The notes under the pieces: model-generated
Seen by the model: the letters and a program-made list of their open reading frames with translations, nothing else
Told to the model about the DNA's origin: nothing
Database searches by the model: none
In this document: positions 28,237-37,706 of the stretch, piece after piece
Layout of the letters: every line of letters begins with the position of its first letter
Numbering within the stretch: the first letter of the stretch is position 1
Virus record (IMG/VR): IMGVR_UViG_3300043294_000079
Span: 1-54,399 of that record
Direction: 5' to 3' (one strand)
DNA length: 54,399 nucleotides
DNA from: a virus
Lineage: Duplodnaviria > Caudoviricetes
Made by a program: the position numbers and the translations under genes

Positions 28237-28526
28237 GGTCGCCTCTTTCGGGGCACGACCTTCGACGCGTCCACGAACCACTGAAGCTCAGCAATGATCT
28301 TGCGTGCTTGCGGAACAGTCAGCAGGACCGTCGCAAACTTGTCGGCGTCAAGACTCAGCCGCAGGTAGGGAAGGATCCTCCCGTCAAGCACGCTGTCTCG
28401 GTAGACGTAGCCAGGGATCACGGCGAAATCGACGTGCGCTAGCCCAGCAGACCAGTCCCACGGTCGGATGTGGGAACCGTCGTAGGCGAGAACCTTGATT
28501 ACGTCGGTTGACGCGTAGATGCTCAC
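28233..28526 (-). CDS. Hypothetical protein
   Basis: GTGA-coupled ORF MSIYASTDV... Confidence 0.5.
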   Translation of the reverse strand: MSIYASTDVIKVLAYDGSHIRPWDWSAGLAHVDFAVIPGYVYRDSVLDGRILPYLRLSLDADKFATVLLTVPQARKIIAELQWFVDASKVVPRKRRP

Positions 28527-28752
28527 TTCGTCCCCCTCACCAGCATCATCCCCGGGAACTCCTTGACGCACCGCTCGTGACCCTCGGCGAGCAACGTCCG
28601 ATGGGGTCCGATGAGCCGCGTCGCCAGCCATCGGCACCAGGCCGCGTGCTCGGGTGTTATCGGAGCGTGACGGTGGATCGCGTGGCCGCAGGGGCAGAGT
28701 GCGCGGTGCGGGCGAGTTTCCATCGTGATGTCGGGATCGAGGCGGGTCATCG

Positions 28753-29016
28753 TCACCATTTCACCCAGCTCCACACCGACCATCCGATCGCCAGAACGAC
28801 CAACATCACCGTCACAGCCCGGATCAGGCCGGCCACGGCATCTGCTCGTCTGGCTCTCGCGCTCCAGTGCAAGGCAGCCGCGTGCTGGACCTCGGCCATC
28901 GCGTTGTTCACGGCCACCACGGCCCGGGCGTTCTCCAGTCCCGCGTGCTTGGCGAGCGAGTCGATGTTGTGATCGAAGTCCAGGTCGATCATCGCCGGGA
29001 TTTCTGACGTGCTCAT
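28753..29016 (-). CDS. Small membrane protein
   Basis: C-terminal TM VTVMLVVLAIGWSVWSW. Confidence 0.5.
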   Translation of the reverse strand: MSTSEIPAMIDLDFDHNIDSLAKHAGLENARAVVAVNNAMAEVQHAAALHWSARARRADAVAGLIRAVTVMLVVLAIGWSVWSWVKW

Positions 29017-29774
29017 GACGCACCTCTCAGTAGTTCCAGCAACCGATCTGACTGCCACTCGCGTTCCTTCTTATGCGCGGCGGCAGAGGCGGCGGAGGCG
29101 GCGTTGGCGTCGGCGCAGCCGGCGGCGTAGTAGGCGGCGGCGTAGTAGGCGGCGGCGGCGTCGGCGGCGCAGCCGGCGGCGTCGGCGGCGTAGTAGGCGG
29201 CGGCGGCGTCGGCGGCGTAGTAGGCGGCGGAGGCGGCGTAGTAGGCGGCGGAGGCGGCGTAGTAGGCGGCGTTGGCGTCGGCGCAGCCGGCGGCGAAGGC
29301 GGCGGCGTAGGCGGCGGCGGCGTCGTAGGCGGCGGAGGCGGCGTAGTAGGCGGCGTAGCGATTTGCCTCAGTCGGGTTCTTCGCCCATCTCAACGCTGCA
29401 TCAATCGCCTCGCGCGGCCGCTTGTCACCGGGGTAGCGATCCTCGTAGTGTCTGAGCACTCGTTTGGCACACTCCGCTGCCCACTGGACGGCGATGATCT
29501 GTGTCAACGTCCCGACCTGGCTCACGAGCCGCGCAGAACTGAACGCCACCTTGTCATCGGCAGCGACGGACGCGCCGCGACCCTCGGCGATCCACAGCAC
29601 GGCACCGTTGCGAGCGTGCTCTGCGATGCCCTGGTGTGTGGCAAGGTGCCAGCCGGATACACACATCACTGGTCTCGTGTCAGCAGTCCACGCGCCCACC
29701 CTGACAGGCCATTTCACCCTCTGGTAGGTGGTAGTGCGATCCGGGTTGAGCCATTTGTAACAGGTCTCTCTCAT
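29013..29774 (-). CDS. Imm5-like domain protein with Ala/Tyr low-complexity repeats
   Basis: WAAECAKRVL..YE..YPGDKRPREAIDAA motif followed by AAYYAASA repeats and EREWQ. Confidence 0.7.
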   Translation of the reverse strand: MRETCYKWLNPDRTTTYQRVKWPVRVGAWTADTRPVMCVSGWHLATHQGIAEHARNGAVLWIAEGRGASVAADDKVAFSSARLVSQVGTLTQIIAVQWAAECAKRVLRHYEDRYPGDKRPREAIDAALRWAKNPTEANRYAAYYAASAAYDAAAAYAAAFAAGCADANAAYYAASAAYYAASAAYYAADAAAAYYAADAAGCAADAAAAYYAAAYYAAGCADANAASAASAAAHKKEREWQSDRLLELLRGAS

Positions 29775-30658
29775 GCTTTCCCTTCCTGTGTGTCGAACGC
29801 GGCCACGATCGGGTAACCGTTCGCGTCGTAGATGGGAGGCGCCGCAGTCTTCATTTCGCCCACACGTTCCTTGATCGCGGCGACGGCCGCCCTACCTTCT
29901 TGTGTCGGCTCGCCTCCCATCTCAGGCATCGGTGTCTCTGGGATGCGAGCACCATCGGAGCGGGGCGGCACGGGGCCATTCACGGACGGGGCGCGTGCCT
30001 TGACGGGGTCGTAGGCGCGCATCCATCCTTGCCACCCTTTGACGTTCGGCTGCGTCCCGTGCTCGGCGCAGTAGGCCACGAAGGCGGCTGTCTCGGCTTC
30101 GATATCAACGTCGGCGAGGTTCGGCCGCTTGGCCGTCTGTGCGCGCAGTTCGCCGGGGACTACGAATCCAGGTGAGGCAGGCGCGGGTTCCTTCCTACCT
30201 CCTAGATCCAAGTTCCTAGATCCTAGATCCCGCGCGCGCACGCGAGGACTAACACCCTCCGGGAGACTTACGGGAGGATTACCGGAAGCCTCAGGGAGAT
30301 CATCTAGGAAACTTCCCTGAATATTCCGGGGTGGCTCCGGGAATCTCGACGCCGATGGATGATTGATTTTCTGATGCTCCCAGTGCTTGACCTGGATGTA
30401 TGTCTCACCATCGACCTGGTAGCGGATGATGCGACCTGCCTTCGCCAGTTCGGCGATGACGCGTTGCATGCGTGCCGGGGTCATCCATTTGTCGTTCGGC
30501 CAGAGTGCTCCGGCCAATTGTTTTGGCAAGTCGCGCGCCCTTCCAGTGTCATCGGCCTCTGTCCAGAGACCGATGTAGGTCAAACGCGCCTCCAGTGAGA
30601 GGGCCGTAACATGAACGTCACTAAAAAAATCGGGTTTGATACTCCGTATTCTCGACAA
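29771..30658 (-). CDS. Replication initiator protein
   Basis: RIRSIKPDFF...ARLTYIGLWTEADDTGR N-terminus typical of phage replisome organisers. Confidence 0.75.
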   Translation of the reverse strand: MSRIRSIKPDFFSDVHVTALSLEARLTYIGLWTEADDTGRARDLPKQLAGALWPNDKWMTPARMQRVIAELAKAGRIIRYQVDGETYIQVKHWEHQKINHPSASRFPEPPRNIQGSFLDDLPEASGNPPVSLPEGVSPRVRARDLGSRNLDLGGRKEPAPASPGFVVPGELRAQTAKRPNLADVDIEAETAAFVAYCAEHGTQPNVKGWQGWMRAYDPVKARAPSVNGPVPPRSDGARIPETPMPEMGGEPTQEGRAAVAAIKERVGEMKTAAPPIYDANGYPIVAAFDTQEGKA

Positions 30659-30659
30659 C

Positions 30660-31340
30660 TCAGACCACAGCCTTTCGCGTCACGAAAACCCACTCGCAAT
30701 CGACCCGCACCGTGTAGTTCTCCCCGAACCCCATGCGCGGCGTCCTGACCGGGATCGCCCTCTTGAACCTCAACCCGGCGAGCAGCATGCGGGCCAGCCA
30801 CCATTCGGCCACGAACTGCTCGGTGCCCTTGCGGATGTGGTTCGACACGTTCACGATGACCAGGCCGCCGGGCTTCGTGACCCGCACCATCTCGCCTAGG
30901 ATTCGCCGGTGGAGTTCGCGGTAGGCGTCGCCCCACTGCAGGCCCGCACCGCTGTTCGGACTCAGGTCGCGGCCAAGGACGTGCTTGTAGGTGATCCTGC
31001 GCGAGTCGTCCTTGGCGTTGTGGTGATCCGCCATGCGGTTGCCGTAGCAGGGCGACGTGACCACCGCGTCGAAGGTGCTGTCACGGAACAGGAGCGCCGT
31101 CGCGTCGCCCTGCAGGGTCCAGGGATGCGCCCGGGCCCACTCCTGCTCAAGCTCGATGCCGATCGTCTTGTAGACGGCGCTGCGGTCCAGTTCGTGGATC
31201 CGTCCGACGCCGGCCATCGGATCGAGAACGAACAGGCGCGCCTCTCGCCTCTCGGCTTCGTCAGCCATCACTTCATTGAGCACGGCGAGAACGGAATCGC
31301 TGAACTTGGCCGGGTGCTTGACCGCGGTGGCTGTCGTCAC
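30660..31340 (-). CDS. DNA amino-methyltransferase (N4-C/N6-A)
   Basis: HPAKF, VLDPMAGVG SAM motif, VTSPCY catalytic motif. Confidence 0.8.
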   Translation of the reverse strand: MTTATAVKHPAKFSDSVLAVLNEVMADEAERREARLFVLDPMAGVGRIHELDRSAVYKTIGIELEQEWARAHPWTLQGDATALLFRDSTFDAVVTSPCYGNRMADHHNAKDDSRRITYKHVLGRDLSPNSGAGLQWGDAYRELHRRILGEMVRVTKPGGLVIVNVSNHIRKGTEQFVAEWWLARMLLAGLRFKRAIPVRTPRMGFGENYTVRVDCEWVFVTRKAVV

Positions 31341-31560
31341 AAGACAACCCGCAAATGCGTAGCCCGAGCCTTGTGCCCGGCGACAACCCGAATCGGGTGC
31401 TGCTCACGCCGGCGCTCGAGCTCGTCATCCCGGTACGCGCAGGCCAGCACCTCGAGCAGCTCGTGGATCAGCTCTTCCTGGCGAGCCGTGAGCTGGCCCC
31501 CGTCAACGTCGGGTGTCAGGGCCTCCGCGGCCAGGGCGTCGACGCGGTCGGTGTAGGTGG

Positions 31561-32607
31561 TCATCTCAGTCGCCCCCACAGGATCCTGAGTGCAGTTTCG
31601 GCCTGCTGAGGGACGACCCCGTTGCCGAGCAGCCGCAGTTGATCGTCCCGAGAGGCGTAGGAAGTGCCCAGCCAATCGGCAGCCCCATCAGCCACTCGAC
31701 AAAGCGAGGGTTCAAGACCCGGCTCGCATTCGAGGATGGCGTTCCACCAGTCGCGTTCGTCTGGTCCTGGTGGGAACGTAGGAACTCGGGAAGCGACATG
31801 CCCCCGGTCCGACCGGGGACATCCTGGCCCTTGCCGTCCCGCGAAGTCGCCGTCGGCCACTGTCGCGCCGCCGCGTCCGTCAGCGTCACGCCCGCGTGAT
31901 GCGAGTCCGTCGGCTCGTAGGTAGCCCCGCTCGCTCGGGAGTCCTGAGCCGTCGCGCTCGGCCACATCTTCGCCACCACCGTTAGGGATGTCGGCTCCGT
32001 CCGCGGACCGCCCTTCATGCGGGCCTTCATCGCCAAGTGCGCCTCGGGCGACTTCTGATCGTCGTGAGCTACGGGCGTCGGCCAGGATGAAGACTCGTTC
32101 CCGTTGCTGGGAGGCACCGACCTCTCCCGCAGATAGCACCGCCCACTCCGCATCGAACCCGAGGTCGGCCAAGTCAGCGAGGACGAGTCCCAATCCTCCC
32201 CTAGAAATGAGGGCGCGGACGTTCTCCAGGAACACGAGGCGGGGTCGAACTCCGCGAAGAAGTGAGGCGATGGCCGGCCAGATCCACCGTTCATCATCGG
32301 TGCCCCTTCGCTTTCCCGCTGCGGACCAGGGCTGGCATGGGAATCCTGCGGTGACGAGATCCACTCCGAAAAATGGCGCGGGGTCCAGGTCTTCGAGGTT
32401 GCCGCACCAAACAGGAGCAGGCTCCAGGGACGCGTCCTCCATCCTTGCCAGGAGGACGGACGCCGCGTAGGCGTCCCGCTCGACGTAACCCACCACTCGG
32501 CTGTCGGGGAACACGGTGGAGACAGCCAACTCGAGTCCTCCGTAGCCGCTGCAAAGGCTGAGGACGGTTGGGAAGGGAGTAACCACACCTAGTTGCCCGC
32601 TTTCCAC
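31561..32607 (-). CDS. C5 cytosine methyltransferase, alpha polypeptide (motifs I-VIII, X)
   Basis: SLCSGYGG, GFPCQ, LENV, QQRERVF, LGNGVVP; true start probably GTG 32586. Confidence 0.88.
   Translation of the reverse strand: MESGQLGVVTPFPTVLSLCSGYGGLELAVSTVFPDSRVVGYVERDAYAASVLLARMEDASLEPAPVWCGNLEDLDPAPFFGVDLVTAGFPCQPWSAAGKRRGTDDERWIWPAIASLLRGVRPRLVFLENVRALISRGGLGLVLADLADLGFDAEWAVLSAGEVGASQQRERVFILADARSSRRSEVARGALGDEGPHEGRSADGADIPNGGGEDVAERDGSGLPSERGYLRADGLASRGRDADGRGGATVADGDFAGRQGPGCPRSDRGHVASRVPTFPPGPDERDWWNAILECEPGLEPSLCRVADGAADWLGTSYASRDDQLRLLGNGVVPQQAETALRILWGRLR
31566..32588 (-). CDS. C5 methyltransferase beta polypeptide in an overlapping frame (TRD + motif IX); start uncertain
   Basis: WPTP/WPSA/WPTA repeats and LNPRFVEWLMGLPIGW motif IX, which the other frame lacks. 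Confidence 0.7.
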   Translation of the reverse strand: MWLLPSQPSSAFAAATEDSSWLSPPCSPTAEWWVTSSGTPTRRPSSWQGWRTRPWSLLLFGAATSKTWTPRHFSEWISSPQDSHASPGPQRESEGAPMMNGGSGRPSPHFFAEFDPASCSWRTSAPSFLGEDWDSSSLTWPTSGSMRSGRCYLRERSVPPSNGNESSSWPTPVAHDDQKSPEAHLAMKARMKGGPRTEPTSLTVVAKMWPSATAQDSRASGATYEPTDSHHAGVTLTDAAARQWPTATSRDGKGQDVPGRTGGMSLPEFLRSHQDQTNATGGTPSSNASRVLNPRFVEWLMGLPIGWALPTPLGTINCGCSATGSSLSRPKLHSGSCGGD

Positions 32608-32855
32608 GCCGCGTAGCCAGCCACCCTCGCTTCAAGAACGGCGTCGGAGTTGAAAGTCCGTATTCGGTGACAGTTCGCGCAGACCACGTCGCACTTAGCA
32701 ATCTCAGCCTGAACCGTGACCAGGCTGAAGTAACGCATCTGACTGAGGTGGTAACGCTTTTGTGACGGGTCGCGATGGCGCGTCAGGGTGTACTCAGGCT
32801 CGGCGCCATTCGCCTCGGCGTTGCCTTCGAGCGTCTGCGTCATTGTGAGAGTCAC
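32589..32855 (-). CDS. Truncated/degenerate HNH protein
   Basis: HRDP...EIAKCDVVCANCHRIRT present but no N-terminal CxxC. Confidence 0.55.
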   Translation of the reverse strand: MTLTMTQTLEGNAEANGAEPEYTLTRHRDPSQKRYHLSQMRYFSLVTVQAEIAKCDVVCANCHRIRTFNSDAVLEARVAGYAAWKAGN

Positions 32856-34021
32856 GACGCCTCGTCAAATAGCGACGCCTGCGTGACCAGGCAATGCGGC
32901 GAGCACCACAACACCTCGCAGTGGCGGTTGTCCTTGTTGCCGCCCGTGCTCGTGCTCGTCTGATAGGCGGCCGATGCCGACCAGCGGATGCGGCGCCAAG
33001 ACTTCGGGATCGCATCGTCGTGCTCGGTGGAGTAGCCAGCCAGCACGATCCGATAGCGCGGGTTGTCGCCATTAGCTACCGCCCAGTCCCGGCAAGCGAT
33101 AGCGACGTCGACCGTCTCGCTCGCGTACAGACCCGCGGTTCGCACGTCCTCCGCATAGGGTGGATCGAGGAACACACCGACCGACGCTCCGAAGCTCAGC
33201 GCGCCCTTCGTGACAACCCGTGACCAGTCGCCCGTGCAGACCCTGACATCGCGCAGCCGTTCGGCAAGCTCGCGCATATAGGCCGCGATGCCTTCGGTGC
33301 GGTAGCTCAGGTTGTTATAACCAGCCCGGCCCGCGTCGCCGAGGTGAGGGAGCTGGCGGTTGACGCCCTGGCCCGCGTCGCCGAGGTGAGGGAGCTGGCG
33401 GTTGACGCCCTGGCCCGCGTCGCCGAGGTGAGGGAGCTTGCGGTTGACGCCCTGGCCCGCGTCGCCGAGGTGAGGGCGCTTGCGGTTGACGCCCTGGCCC
33501 GCGTCGCCGAGGTGAGGGAGCTGGCTCTCATCATCCGTCGCCGAGGTGAGGGAGCTTGCGGTTGACGCCCTGGCCCGCGTCGCTTCGTAGTCCCACGGGC
33601 CGGTTCCTGAGCACCAGCCGCCACCGATCCAGGCATTGACGCCCCAGACCCACCAGCCCGCGATCTTGGCGTCGTAGAACATCGGGTCACACTCAAGTCC
33701 CGCCGCCAAAGTCTCGCGGCCCTCATTCACGAGCCATAAGTGACGGGCGAACAAGTCGTCCTCGTTCACCGGCCAGTCTGCGAACGCCGCCACAGTCTCA
33801 GGATCGGAGGCTAGTGCTCGCCAGAAGTTCGCCAAGTAGTGATCCGCGTCATTTACCGTCTCGGCGCGTCGCGTGCCATCTGCGAGGTTGTGAGGCCGTT
33901 CTAGAAGAACAGCGAGAGAGCCAGCGAACGGTTCAACGTAGTTGTCCACGTCACCGAGCGCCGCCCATACGTTGGGAGCAACCCTGCGCTTGCCACCGAA
34001 CCAGACGAAGGGGGCCTTCAT
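32852..34021 (-). CDS. DNA adenine methyltransferase (Dam/D12-like) with internal repeats
   Basis: PFVWFGGK, YVEPFAGS, FLDPPY. Confidence 0.88.
   Translation of the reverse strand: MKAPFVWFGGKRRVAPNVWAALGDVDNYVEPFAGSLAVLLERPHNLADGTRRAETVNDADHYLANFWRALASDPETVAAFADWPVNEDDLFARHLWLVNEGRETLAAGLECDPMFYDAKIAGWWVWGVNAWIGGGWCSGTGPWDYEATRARASTASSLTSATDDESQLPHLGDAGQGVNRKRPHLGDAGQGVNRKLPHLGDAGQGVNRQLPHLGDAGQGVNRQLPHLGDAGRAGYNNLSYRTEGIAAYMRELAERLRDVRVCTGDWSRVVTKGALSFGASVGVFLDPPYAEDVRTAGLYASETVDVAIACRDWAVANGDNPRYRIVLAGYSTEHDDAIPKSWRRIRWSASAAYQTSTSTGGNKDNRHCEVLWCSPHCLVTQASLFDEAS
33329..33583 (-). repeat. 42-bp coding tandem repeat (QLPHLGDAGQGVNR), about 5.5 copies
   Basis: Directly visible; the first copy is read in a different frame. 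Confidence 0.9.
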
Positions 34022-35469
34022 GCCCCCACCTCAAGCGAGGTCACGAAGTCCTCGGGCCATATCCAGTGATCGGACGCACCAAGGCAGGCGTGGCCCCACT
34101 GGACCCACCGCCAGGCTTCGTCGAAGGACTTGAAGGGTTCCTCGTGGCGCTGTTCGCCGTCAGGACAGACCACGTAGACGTTAGGCATTAGTCGGTTCCT
34201 TTAGCCGGATCTTTCCGCACCAGCAGACGCCATCACACTCGGCGGCGTCTTTACGGCACATGTCGTCGATGCGAGGATCCCGACGCGTCTTCCATATCAG
34301 GACGGAGTGAGCATTGGCGGGACAGATGTTCGGCAACTTGCAGAGGTGCCACCAGAGCCACCAACGGAGCCGGCTCATCGCGGCACCCGCGCCTGGCGCG
34401 CCAAGTCCCAGATCCCATCCTTGAGCGCATCAAGTTGGCTTTCGAGGTCGTCAACCTGACGTTCCAGCTCCTGTTTGTCGGCCATCAGTTCTGCTATTTC
34501 CTGCAGGGCATCCGCCATCAGGTCATCGCTCATGACGCCTCGAAAATGGGCTTAAGCGGAAGCCCCATCATCGTGGCCTTGAGAACAGCGAAACACTCGG
34601 GGCATAGGTCGCCAGAGTGTGAACCGGTGGACTCTGACGAGCTGCCTATTGGCCGGTATCCGACGGCTTGCCAGCCCGCTTTCTGTGCCGCGTCCAACCT
34701 CTCAAACTGGGCCGTCGCGTAACATTGGCTGCACTTCGTCTCGATGATGGTCTTGTAGGGCATCACACCTCCAACCCTGGTAACTGCGCCGGCGCCTCGG
34801 GTTCCTCTGTTTTGTGCTCCGTCAGCGCGATGACGCGCGAGGCAAGGAACCGGGACGTGTGGATCTCGTTGCCGTTCTTGTCCAGTTCGGAAACCTCGAT
34901 CATTGCGCGCGCCTGCTTCACCTCCACGGTGCGGCCATTACGGGTCGCCGTGACCTCAAATGTCTTCGCCTCCTGCGCGCCGGTGTCGACGTAGATAACC
35001 ACCTTGTCGCCTTTCATGATCGTTTAGCCGTAGCTGATCGTGTTGTCTGGATTAATCGTCTCAACTACGCGGCCAAGAACGGTGACGTGGTGCTTGAACA
35101 CGCGTCCGAGCCACATCCACCAAGTAGCGAACTCGGCCGTGGCTGGCTCATGTGCTGGGTGGTGAATGTAGCCTGTTGCGAACTTCGTCGGGGCTAGTTG
35201 CCGTATCCGCTTGATGTTCATGGTGTTTCCCTTTCGCTTTCCAATAGAAGATCCAACCTATGCCGCCCATGACACCCAGCAGCAATATGACGCTGAGCCG
35301 GCGCCCATTGCTCGAACACCTTGCCGCAACCTTTGCAGCGCCACGGGTAGTGCTCGGCGCGGGGTTCCCTGTCCCCTTTGGCCGCGGGTTGCGCGTCGAT
35401 CCGGGCTCTGACGGCCGCCGGTAAGTCGGAATATCGAATCGGCATCGGGGCCTCGGATCGGTTAGGCAA
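34018..35469 (-). other. Run of translationally coupled small early genes (34018-34188, 34181-34378, 34375-34533, 34530-34766, 34763-35017, 35024-35221, 35218-35469)
   Basis: Mostly overlapping starts and stops; several CxxC proteins and one coiled coil; no function assignable. Confidence 0.6.
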
Positions 35470-35476
35470 CGGGGCA

Positions 35477-35956
35477 TCATGCGCTGATCCGCTTCTTATT
35501 TCGCCACTTAGCCGTATGGATCACAGCGCAGGCTCGACAACCTCGCCCGGTCTTCCTCGGGGTGGTGTTCGCCTCGTCGTAGGGATGACCCCGTGGACAG
35601 TGCTGGACGGCTGCGTGGCGGGCCGAGAAGGACGTACCGCGCAAGATGTTTTCACGGACCGAGACCGGTTCTAAATGACTTGGGTTGACACCAGAGCGAA
35701 TGCGACACAGGTGATCCAACGTCAGACCATCAGGAATCCGTCCGATCCTGTATTCGTAGGCGATTCTATGGGCGCGGCGGGTGGTGTAGAGGGAGCCGAT
35801 CGTCAGAGTAAAACAGCCATAACCGTTTGAATACAGGGCAGCCGTCCACATCCAACAGGGCCCCAAATCGGGACGGTAATCGGGTACGGGGCCGTTCTTA
35901 TCGACCTTTGCCCAGAAGCGCACGCCGCGCTGCTCAGCCGTTTCTGGTCGCTTCAC
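35477..35956 (-). CDS. HNH endonuclease
   Basis: RFWAKVDK, CWMW, AHRIAY, LDHLCR...VNPSHLEPV...EN, CPRGH, CRAC. Confidence 0.9.
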   Translation of the reverse strand: MKRPETAEQRGVRFWAKVDKNGPVPDYRPDLGPCWMWTAALYSNGYGCFTLTIGSLYTTRRAHRIAYEYRIGRIPDGLTLDHLCRIRSGVNPSHLEPVSVRENILRGTSFSARHAAVQHCPRGHPYDEANTTPRKTGRGCRACAVIHTAKWRNKKRISA

Positions 35957-37702
35957 GATTTCGCCGCCAGTTCGGCCCGTAGCGCCTCGATCTCGCGTCT
36001 CAGGTTCGTCACCTGCTCAGCAAGCGCCGAGTTGGCCTCGGTCGCCTCACGTAGCGCCTGCTCCACGACGGCGAGGCGGTCGCCCCTGTTCTCTTTCGGG
36101 TCGGGGGTCATAACTCAGCCTCGCTTTCGGTCGCTGCCGTCAGGTCCGAGCGCGTCGAACAAGGCCCGAACGGCAGACGAGAGGGAGTCCTCGAAGTAGC
36201 CGCACTTTTCACGGTCGTACTTACGAAAGAACGGATACTGAGGTCGCATCTTGCGCTTGCGGCAACAGAACAACTCGAACACGTAGCAGGTGCCATAGTC
36301 CTTGTCGGCAGCGACGAGGTCGTCTACGCACTGGTTGAGCAGGTCCACGTCATCAGGGGTGAACTCCTCAGAATCCGCGCAGGCCCAGTAGAACAGGTCA
36401 TTGCAGTTGACGCAGATCCTGAGTGAACCATCCAGTGCGACGCGCGGCCAGATACTTTCGCCCGAGTCGTCAATCTTGGCGAGCACCAGCATGAGTTGGT
36501 GGATGTAGTCTGGGCCGACCTTGGCGCGGACTTCTTCTTCGGTGAGTCCGGGGGTCACAAGCACCGCCCGCAGAATGGACACGCCCTGCCCGGATGAAAC
36601 GCACCGACGACGCGATACGGCATCGTGCTTTCACGGTCACCCGTTGGAAACCCCCATTCCTGATCGGGTGCGTAATGCGCCCGGCAGGCTTCGCAGTAGA
36701 GCAGCCCGGCATAAACAGGCGACGGCACCACGCGGTACTCGCGAACGTTCCCCCACGTCATGAGCACCGCCCACAGTCGTCCTCGCGCCCCTCACCGATG
36801 AACAGGACCCCACAGCGGGAGCATTCACGCCAGGTGAAGGGATGGGGGTTTCCAACCCACGCCGGCATGTCTTGGTCGCGATAGGTCACGCGGTCGTCCA
36901 CCGTCACGGTGGTCTCGATGTGGGGGGTCATGGCGCTGCCTCGAACATCCACGCGGGCTTGTGATCCTCGTGTTCGTGGTCGAACGGTGGCTGACACCGC
37001 GTGTGATTGCGGATGTCGGCAGGCGGGTCGCACATGAAGAACCCGACATCGCCGAAACAGGGCGGCACGAAATGGGGCTGTAGGCCGTAGGTGCAACCTG
37101 GATGGTCGCGTAGGTGAGCTTCAAGCACGACCTTTCTCGCTCCGATGAACTTGGGTATCGGGATACTTTGGGTGCGGCTCAGGCTCCGACGCTGCGGACC
37201 GTGTTTGCGGCTCATTGGAGCGCCCGGACTGTCTCGCAGGGCTCCACGATCTTCTTGAGCAGCGCCGTCAACTCTGGTTCATCATCCATCTCAAGTGGCC
37301 CGATCCAACCACCACCGCCAGGGTGAAGAACCTTCTTCAGCTCAACCCGCATGGTTTCATCAAGGATGCGAATCAACTTTTCAAGTTGCGCTTTCTCGGC
37401 TTCCAGTTCGTCTATGGCGGCGAGCAGGTCGGTACAGCTTCCAGCCGGTGCTCCGTTGTGAAGATGGACGCACGGCGTGGCTCGTATCTGCTCAGCGTCC
37501 ATCACGCCCCCCTCACAGGCCGCACGGCCGCGCGGCATCTCTTGCAGACTCGCTGTCCGAGGGGAAGGTTGCAGGTCGTGTCGAAGGCTTGATGCGACCC
37601 GCAGAGAGCGACCATTGTCGGCTCACCTGTCCACTGGTCATAGCCACACAGGTGCATGATCCGACGCTTCGCTCCACGCCCACGTCGGTAGAGGAATCTC
37701 AT
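35953..37702 (-). other. Run of small coupled hypothetical genes (35953-36111, 36115-36558, 36555-36761, 36758-36931, 36928-37215, 37212-37505, 37502-37702)
   Basis: Start/stop overlaps; several Cys/His motifs. Confidence 0.55.
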
Positions 37703-37706
37703 GGCT

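Noticed and set aside
29009-29816. Poly-Arg and poly-Gly/Val plus-strand ORFs
   Set aside because: Antisense readings of the Ala/Tyr repeat
33329-33583. CRISPR or ncRNA array
   Set aside because: Spacer-less tandem repeat, length a multiple of 3, inside an intact MTase
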